Origin: Octopus bimaculoides
Lineage: Eukaryota
DNA length: 64,000 nt
Reading direction: 5' to 3'
Assembly: GCF_001194135.2 (NCBI RefSeq)
Contig: NC_068983.1
Coordinates: 65,385,776-65,449,775 of the forward strand
Of the stretch, positions 55,153 to 64,000 are shown one piece after another. Within the stretch, counting starts at the first letter, position 1; every line of letters begins with the position of its first letter. Made by a program: the position numbers and the translations under genes. The notes under the pieces were generated by a model that searched no databases, was not told the origin of the DNA, and worked only from the letters and a program-made list of their open reading frames with translations.

Positions 55153-55338
55153 AACACACAAACACGCACACACATACACACATATATATATATAACACAG
55201 TAGAAAAGTAATAAAATGTGTCTCTTTGGTAATTCTATTATATTATTGTTATTAAAAGGCAATGTCTCACAGGAAATGTAAAATATGTATTTGTAATTTC
55301 CTTTTTTTTTTTTTTTCAATATATTTTAGATATTGTTT

Positions 55339-55555
55339 AAGATGGAGAGCTGATAAAATCGTTATCTCATCGGGCAAAATGCTTGGTGACATTTCCGACG
55401 GTATTTTCTGACTTCAAATTCTGCCGTGGTCGACTTTTTTCATTCCTTTCGGAGTCGATAAAATAAGTTCGAGTTGAGTACTGGGATCTATGTAATCGAC
55501 TTATCTTCTCCCCGGAATTTACTAGTTTTGTGTCAAAATTTGTAACCAGTATTAT
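55339..55555 (+). mobile_element. SINE family B, older copy
   Basis: gacttcaaattctgccgtggtcgactttttcattcctttcggagtcgataaaataag. Confidence 0.8.
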
Positions 55556-56181
55556 AAATATTATCCAGTATGTCGCGAATAATGACACGTGGTAATTTAT
55601 TCACAAGAAGGACTGCAACGTAATTATTTTTAAAAACACGGATATAATTCAATAATGAAAATATATTTCCTCTGCTAAGATCATTTCAGATCTCTGAGCA
55701 GTCTCCCATGTTGTATTGTCTCCATATTCTAAAAATTCAACCCACTTCTTTCTAGCTGCTATCAAAAAGCGCCTGATATCTCTTTACTATATTTTTTATA
55801 CGATATACTACAATACAAACTCTATAACATTTATATCAAGTACACTCTATAACATGTATACCAAGTGCTCGCTTCAAGATACAATGATATGGATGTAGCT
55901 GCAAAACTCATACACTACTAATGTTCCTTTGAATACCAAATATATCATTTTGTATATTTATGTTTGAAATTTGTCTGTTGAACGAAATGGAAATCAATGT
56001 ATTCTACAAAAGACTGGGTGGTTGTATATGTTCAGGAAATTAAGAGCTGTTCTGACGGGTCTTTTTCTTATCAGAAAAAAATTGCAATGGAACAAAATAT
56101 GTTAAAACTTTTTCTCAACATTTTATAGTAACTCCTAAACATTCGTATGCACACACACACACACACATGCCTGAAAGTGTT

Positions 56182-56563
56182 TATAGTGTTACCCGGGGCT
56201 TCTTGCCATGAAAAGTATTTTTATGGCGTATTATCTGACCTTTAGACATGTTGACATATGGCTTCTTTAAAGGGGATAGTGTAAGGGAGCCATAGGGCAA
56301 CAAGTCTTAAAGACTGATGAAACGCCATAAAGGTAGTCTTTATGGTGAGAAACCGGGGGGAGGGGGGGTAACCCTATAAACAAGCCTTCAGTAGTAATAA
56401 ATATAGACTGCTCTACTTCTTAAACTGTGCTCCTCTCCGTTATTATGTTTTGCTAAACATTTACGATATCCCCTTTAAAGGAGCCATAGGCCAACACGTG
56501 CAAAGGTCTGATGATATGCCATAAAAATACACTTTATGGCGAGAAACCCAGGGTAACCCTATA
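56182..56563. mobile_element. Three about 97-bp hammerhead-like units: one inverted (56182-56278) and two direct (56283-56378, 56467-56563)
   Basis: Best unit: AAGGT-CTGATGA-tatGCCATAAA-aatacac-TTTATGGCga-GAAA-CCC-A-GGGT-A/ACCCT; cores at 56314 and 56508, 194 nt apart. Confidence 0.75.
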
Positions 56564-57329
56564 AATAGGCCATCACCAATAATATATATATATGTATANN
56601 NNNNNNNNNNNNNNNNNNNNNNNNNNNNNNNNNNNNNNNNNNNNNNNNNNNNNNNNNNNNNNNNNNNNNNNNNNNNNNNNNNNNNNNNNNNNNNNNNNNN
56701 NNNNNNNNNNNNNNNNNNNNNNNNNNNNNNNNNNNNNNNNNNNNNNNNNNNNNNNNNNNNNNNNNNNNNNNNNNNNNNNNNNNNNNNNNNNNNNNNNNNN
56801 NNNNNNNNNNNNNNNNNNNNNNNNNNNNNNNNNNNNNNNNNNNNNNNNNNNNNNNNNNNNNNNNNNNNNNNNNNNNNNNNNNNNNNNNNNNNNNNNNNNN
56901 NNNNNNNNNNNNNNNNNNNNNNNNNNNNNNNNNNNNNNNNNNNNNNNNNNNNNNNNNNNNNNNNNNNNNNNNNNNNNNNNNNNNNNNNNNNNNNNNNNNN
57001 NNNNNNNNNNNNNNNNNNNNNNNNNNNNNNNNNNNNNNNNNNNNNNNNNNNNNNNNNNNNNNNNNNNNNNNNNNNNNNNNNNNNNNNNNNNNNNNNNNNN
57101 NNNNNNNNNNNNNNNNNNNNNNNNNNNNNNNNNNNNNNNNNNNNNNNNNNNNNNNNNNNNNNNNNNNNNNNNNNNNNNNNNNNNNNNNNNNNNNNNNNNN
57201 NNNNNNNNNNNNNNNNNNNNNNNNNNNNNNNNNNNNNNNNNNNNNNNNNNNNNNNNNNNNNNNNNNNNNNNNNNNNNNNNNNNNNNNNNNNNNNNNATAT
57301 GTATGGAATACGCAGTTGGGGCAGTATTT

Positions 57330-57840
57330 CATTCTTTTATTCTTTTATCCGACCATGCTCGAGCAAGCACCGCCTTGAAGTGTTTTAGTCAAACAAATTG
57401 ACTTCAGGACGTATTTCTAAGCCTATGACTTATTCTATCGTTCTCTTCTGACTGGAAAATCTTTCTCCCTCTTATTTAATTTGCAATTTATTTTTAACAT
57501 AGCAAGGCTATCAGAGATGTTTTTTCAAAGCAAATATTGCACCCACTTGAGTACTGTTAAGTTACAGGGATGTAATCACACCGACACTGCTTATCAAGCA
57601 GTGATGAGGGAGACAAATACAGACACACACATAAATACACACACACACACACACACACACACACGTATACATATATACAACGAACTTCTTTCAGTTTCCG
57701 TCTGCCAAATCTACTCACAGAGCTTCGATTGGCCCCAGGCTATAGTAGAGGACACTTGACCAAGGTGCCACGTAGTGGGACTTAACCTGGAACCATGTGG
57801 CTGGGATGCAAACGTCTTACCACACAGCCACGCCTGCGCC
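57330..57840 (-). mobile_element. SINE family A, near complete, with about 110-bp insertion
   Basis: Head ...gaggacacttgaccaaggtgccacgtagtgggac...cacagccacgcctgcgcc; internal (CA)n; tail. Confidence 0.88.
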
Positions 57841-58629
57841 TATTTAATTAAAATACCTATACAGGTCATCTCCCATCGTACACTTTAAACAAATCATACC
57901 AATTCAGAACACATCAAATCAGCTTTCTAAAAAAATGTCGCACTGAAGCTGCTGCATTATTTGCATTGAAATAACATCTCTCATAGATTTTCTATGTTAA
58001 AAATAAATTAAATAAGAAGAGAAAATTTGTCCATGCAACATCCAGCAAGAGTACAAGACGCATTACTGCCTTTTTTCTCTCCCTTTTTTTTTTTTAGCTA
58101 TTTGACAGGCGCGCAATCACTGACCTTTATAGACTGGGACGAGAATACGCAATCTGAGGTGTAGGAAAACGTAAATATATCATCAACTGATGTTGTGAAG
58201 AGTCGACCGGCTTGATTAAAAATCAAGTATACAAAATATTATTTAATGAAAACACCCATCAAACTCTGTCGATATGTTAGTTACTGCAGCACTTATGCTG
58301 AGATAGCATCTCTAATGGACTCGCTGTGTTAAATGCACAATAAAAATCAGAGACGAACATTCATCTCACCAGCGGCAGGTGAGAGAGCCCAATACATTTC
58401 AGCTCCTTTATGTCTTTACAATGACCCCTATTCGCAGCCAGTCACTTTTGTTTTTTGCATTTTTTTTACACTGACCCATATAAGATATTATCTGAGGACA
58501 AATACTGCAGGAACTGGCCTTTCGACGATTTTGCGTATACACATATAGTATATTACATTGATATCTATGCCTGTCTGTCTGTCTGTATGTATGTATGTAT
58601 CTATGTATGTATGTATGACTCTTCTATTT

Positions 58630-60496
58630 TTGATTATTATAAATCTTCCACTGAGGAGGGAGCAGGCTCCATTTTGGGGACATAGTTAACACCGACAAGT
58701 ACAAGGTTCCATTTTTTGGGATATAGTTAACACCGACAAATTTACATTTGGAACATGAGCAAAGTCTTGCATATTTATGCTGTTCCACTCACAGATTGCA
58801 CTTGTACTGCGTTTCAGTACAGTTTCAGCCGGTCAGTTTCTCTTTCTGAAAATCTCAGTTTCTCCAGACTCAGTTTAACAAAACCCAGTGCTCCAGCTAT
58901 TACTCGTATGAATATGAATTCGTAGTCCGGATATAGATTTTGGAGGTTTCCAAGCACTTGTCCATAGATATCCTGTTTTTCTTGGATTTTCAAGGAGATA
59001 TTTATATATGCAGGGCAAGTGACCTCTATGATGGTACATACCTTTACACATCTGTCCGAAACAACAATATCCGGCATGTTATGTTTATATTTGACAGAAG
59101 TTTTGATGGGAATATTCCACCAGTATTCATTATATCGGTGCTTATGAATGTATACCATAACAGATGGGAATTCTAATTTATTTCAGGACAGTCTTTTTAG
59201 TGGATGGCATTGTAAATTGTTTTATCAACAACATCGTGCCGCATAGAGAGGTAGTACTGTGACGATATTTTTTACATGCTTGATGTCTTCCACAGAAACA
59301 TGACATAGCCTACACATGCGGTTGCACCTTGGGATTTCAATTGCGTCACTGTCTCTCTTGTTCACCATGTACATTATGACAATCTCCTGTTCCTAGATTG
59401 CAAGAATGTGATGTAGTGTTCTTGTGTCCAAGAGAGGTTGCGTTTCGTGTCAATTCGACTATCTTCTTCAAGCTTCCAGGCAACATACCCATGAATATTT
59501 TTTCTGCATGCTGAGTGCTTTCCATCCAGGTCTTCTCTGATGTAAGAGAGCCCAGCTGTTTTGGGGTTATATAGGAGATCGTCAGGAAGAGAGTGTTTCT
59601 TGAGGATTTCACTGCCAACCAACTCGTACAATGTTGCTCACTTCATTGTACGAGTGAGCATATATATTTACTTTTGCTGCTATTATTTAGCAGGTGCTGC
59701 CTGAGTGATACCATACGGAATTCGAAGGCCGTCTGCACTGATCTCAGGCCTCTACTACCTTCATTTCTTCTTAGGTAGAGCCTGTAAACATCACTCTTTC
59801 TGTAGAAAATCCCAGTTGTTGTCAGAATTTTACGGGTTTTGATAACTATGAAGTCGATTTCCTCTACAGACCTATCAAGTATCCCAAATTTTGGAATCAG
59901 CACTGGTACTTCAAATGAAATTGTGAGATATTGTTTTGTTGTAAGAGGAAAGTTCCGACTGCTATATTTTCCTGAATCTGATGTAATATTCTCGGGTCAC
60001 TCTATCTTTATTCACACTTCCTTTATATGATACATTTTCGTCTATGCCTAGGTACTTGTAACATTCTTTGTGTGGAATAGGGGAGATAGGGAAAACATTG
60101 TTGCCTATATTAGCTGAAAATGGTGTTACTAATTCCAGTTGTATTTTTGGCATAGTTAACACTTTACCATAAATCTGCAGGTCGTCTACAAAGAAGTTAT
60201 GAGCTACATGGATATTTCTAACAGTTGAAGATCCATGTATGTAACCATTTATTTTCTGCAGTAGAAACGATAATGGATTCAGTGCCAAGATGAAAAGAAG
60301 TAGAGAAAGACTATCTCTCTGAATATTCCCTTTCAAATACGTATACTATCAGAAACAACTTTCAATTGTAAGGGTTAAGAATCGTCGTCCATTTCTTTTC
60401 AAGACTCTCTCTAGCAGCAAGCAATGTAGTAGGTACTTTTGCCAGATGCAGGCACTTCAACAGCCATGAATGAGGTATGGAGTCGAATCTCTTCTT
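58630..60496 (-). mobile_element. 5'-truncated R4/Dong-like RLE LINE (RT, CCHC, RLE, 3'UTR)
   Basis: YKKRFDSIPHSWLL, GNIQRDSLSLLLFILALNPLS, HNFFVDDL, YKYLGIDE, RLYLRRNEGSRGL, MPDIVVSDRCVKVCTIIEVTCP, QEKQDIYG. Confidence 0.93.
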
Positions 60497-60640
60497 ATAG
60501 TATGTATGTATGTATGTATGTATACGTATGCGTGTATGTATGTATGAATATATGTATGTACGTATGTATGTATGTATGTGTATATGTATGCATGTGTGTG
60601 TATGTATGTATGCATGTATGTATATATGTATGTATGTATG
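60497..60640. repeat. (TATG)n
   Basis: Direct; a second (TATG)n lies at about 58584-58617. Confidence 0.95.
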
Positions 60641-63424
60641 GGCAAATACTAATAATTCAATCTCGTACAACAATAGTCTGCATCTTATTGAATGGTGAAA
60701 AACAAAGTTTGCCCGATAGAACATTAGGAAGGTAATTAAAACCTCTTGCAGTAGTCGTGCATTATAAAATTTCTATTATGCATTGTTGTTTTATTTGATC
60801 TTTTAGTAATGATGACATAATAGTGTATTAAAATAATGGCTGCATTGTTCTAGGAACACGGCCTGGAGGCATGGTTCTCTTACGTGTATCATTTTTAATT
60901 GCATTTCAATCAATAAGATTCTTCTACATGTTCTTTAAAAATGAAGTTGATTCCACTTTCAACAATTAATGAAAAACGTATTAAAGATATATTTCAACAA
61001 ACAATATTACTTTTTTGTGAGTTAATAATCGATGTGTTTTATATAATCATCAGTTCTCATTTACAGTCGTCACTAAGAAGCAGGTTGTTTGGTAGATGGA
61101 GTAGCATGCATAATGGTCAGTTCATAATATGCTGTATAGAGATGGCTCCACATTCTCGAGCTCAGTCCACAACACATTCGGTCGTAGAACAAATACAACG
61201 TCTCCATAGAAATCAGATTCTCATGTCTACATAGAGCAACTTTGTTTATGTATGTTTTCATAATATTGCGTATTATACTAGTCAGCCCATATTATGTTGC
61301 ATTATATAACCGATTTCAGCCTTTCTTATCTATTTAACGAAATCAGTAACTTCATGCATTGGTTTTGAAACTGCATATGTTTCTATCCAAAATATTAATC
61401 TAACGCATAGAATTTATTGTCGTACATGTCATGTGCCGCTTGAGATTCACTTGTACATTTTTGAAAAGTTTAGAATTCATATATATATTTTGCTTAAAAT
61501 ATATGGCTTTTTTAACATCAGCTTAAGAATTGTATTTGACTTATTTACAAATGAATCGATATGCATTAGTAAAATTAATTTCCAACATTTTCAGACAATT
61601 ACTCTGAAAATTATTTATTTGGGGAATTATTTGTTTTATGCAATATGTTACAATACTTTTAAAAATTTTTACGGAAGTTGATAAGAATTTATTCATTAAT
61701 AAAACCTGTAAGATGTGCAAGTTGCTTCAATGGAAATTTCATAAACAATTTGCTAATGCAGTTAGGTTTGTTAGCCAATTGACTTATTTTCCCTTGTTCC
61801 TATCTGATTCCAAAACCCATACCGTGTTTCAAATTATTCTAATGTTCTCTTTCTTTGTAATTGTCACTTTCTTTCATTCTTATTTGAAATGCTTCTTTGA
61901 CGCTGGAGGAGAAGATTGGCAGTAATTTAATTGTTCAGAGCAAAGGAAAGCATCGTTGGCAAACTAAGGATCTTCTATTTTCGAGAAGATGTCTGTTTCA
62001 CTCGGTTAATGCATTTCGGTCCACCAACCGCACATTCGGAGGACTAACGCCTTTTAAAAATCTTAATCAACTCTACGTTCCCTCATTTTTATCTCCGATC
62101 CTCATCCTCTGCTTTATTCTTGGCTCTATACTGAATTCCATGAAAATGTATTCCCTAACCTAGAGTTAGTAACCCTAGGATTCAATGTGACACGGCTGCA
62201 TGATATAATCTATAAATGTGACGCAATTCTTAGCTCAGATATACTTTTGGTATTTAACAAATGAAATCTTGACACTAACTTATTTCACATATTCACATAC
62301 TTTCTTTATTGTTTCTCTATTGCTTTGTTCTTTCGAGACGTTGTTTCGAAACATCGTTAAATACAGCGGTTTTACTATTCTAGGAAAATGATTTTAGAAA
62401 TAAACAATAGTATAACTGTTTGTAAAGTGTGTATTCATATTGTTCTATATTTAACTATTATCAGAACTGGTTATAGGGTGTATAATGCTTTGTTTCATTA
62501 TTCTTTTACCTTGTATTCCATGTGTGTGTTATTTCCATTAAATAGCTAACGGTCATTAGATGCTATTCATATCGACCAGTGTTCACGTGACAACCTTTAT
62601 ATCAATACTTCATGAAGACGTTAACCAGATAAAAATAATTTATTGATATGCTTGGATCTTTCAAATAACATCAAAATATTGGCTCATTAATAAATTAAGC
62701 GTTTACATAATTGATGTCTGTAATGATTACAATGACCTGCGTTAGAATCTATCCCACTCGAATTTATTGACGTGTAAAGAAAAGAAAGCACATAAATAGT
62801 CGAAAGTTTGCTAGTTTTTTTTCTGTTTTGTGTGTGTGTGTGGGGGGGGGGGGTTCATCACTTGGATTCTATGTAGCATTCTACTGTAAAAGACTTGTGA
62901 ATACTTGTTACAAATAAGGCATTAAGCTATTCAATGGCGTGTGTAATAATGGCTCCTGAACATAGATTTTGGAATTCAGTCCCGTGTACTGTATGAAGAG
63001 ATATATTCAAGCAATTTTCTTCTAGCATGCACTTGGATATTAAAACTGCATATGGAAGTTGTGTTCCTATTATAGTCAGAAAATATAACAACTTATACTA
63101 GTACTATATCTAACCCATTACCACCCATAATTCTATTAACTGGATTTCTTTTTATAAAACTTTGATTTCTAGCATAAAACGGCCTTAGAAACACGCTGCA
63201 ATGATCAAAATAACATTTCAAAATAACATTTTAAATAGAGATAAATGAGATATTGGGTGAAAAATTAGCAAACCTCATTTGAATATCAGAGAGATATACC
63301 TAGTAGATATAGCAAAAAGGTTAGCTATGTGTAAATATTGACAGATAATTACGAAATTTTAATTTTTAAGTGATCTCATATGAGATCACTGGTAGATAAT
63401 AGTTTAAGAGATGAGGAATTATTT

Positions 63425-63715
63425 ACATTTGACAGATATTTGTCCTCATCTTGTTTGTTGTTAACACAACATTTCGGCTGATATACCTCCCACCCTTCAT
63501 CAGGTGTCTTGGGGAAATGTCGAAACTGGCTTCTCATTCCCAAGATATTTTTCGATGGGGTTATTATTATTATTAGTAGTAGTTGTAGTAGTGGTGGTAG
63601 TAGTAGTAGTAGTATTAATAGTAGTAGTAGTAGTATTCAGGTCACTGCCAGGAATCGAACTCGGAATCTTGGGGTTAGTAGCCCGCGCTCTTAACCACTA
63701 CGCCATATGCCCGTG
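63425..63715 (-). mobile_element. tRNA-headed short element with PLE-type hammerhead tail
   Basis: A box TGGCGTAGTGG (63695-63705), B box GAGTTCGATTCC (63651-63662), internal (TAC/AAT)n, then GACAC-CTGATGA-A-GGGTG..CAGCC-GAAA-TGT-T-GTGTT (63463-63508). Confidence 0.85.
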
Positions 63716-64000
63716 GGAAACTTCTTAATCTTTCATTATAATATACAAAAAAAAAAGATTACTCATATTCCTTAGCCAAACATTATTATATGTTGATGCA
63801 GGACAAAACTTATTTCCACGAAATGTTTTTTTTTTATTTATTGTACTGTAAAATTGCATTAAATTTTACCTGTTTAACCGCTTTAATGTTATAACCGCTT
63901 TCGCAAAATGTTTATGTCTAATCCAAGAGAGAAATTATTTGCAGCACAACATTTGATAGGAATATACTCTATTCAGAGATCAGGAAACAAAGTAGGAGGT

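Noticed and set aside
58665-58740. CRISPR-like direct repeats
   Set aside because: Only two adjacent units with no spacers, inside a eukaryotic LINE 3'UTR.
62067-62264. Protein-like 65-codon frame with possible splice sites (62164-62249)
   Set aside because: Splice motifs are common by chance and there is no recognisable homology.
63640-63712. Genuine tRNA gene
   Set aside because: The acceptor and anticodon stems pair poorly, and the sequence recurs as part of a mobile element at 28266-28339.

Overview
AT-rich, repeat-dense eukaryotic (metazoan) DNA with nine N-gaps. The SINE families and microsatellite load suggest an octopod cephalopod (Octopus-like); this is inference from recalled repeat families, not a search result. 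No host gene could be assigned with confidence. The best candidate is a 175-codon stop-free frame at 10426-10953 (-). Recognisable content: two decayed full-length mariner (D34D) elements, a maT/DD37D-like Tc1-mariner fragment, and three copies of a non-autonomous long-TIR mariner derivative. It also holds a near full-length RTE LINE ending in three C2H2-like fingers, four R4/Dong-like RLE LINE pieces, a zinc-knuckle LINE ORF1 fragment, Penelope-like (PLE) remnants, two tRNA-derived SINE families and many microsatellites. Main observation: four inverted-repeat elements that look like MITEs (2679-2808, 20101-20611, 21153-21337, 56182-56563) each carry type I hammerhead ribozyme architecture (stem I-CUGANGA-stem II-GAAA-stem III-NUH) in their arms. 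A tRNA-headed element (63425-63715; PLE-linked copy at 28122-28720) ends in a minimal hammerhead. All folds were done by eye and no activity has been tested.
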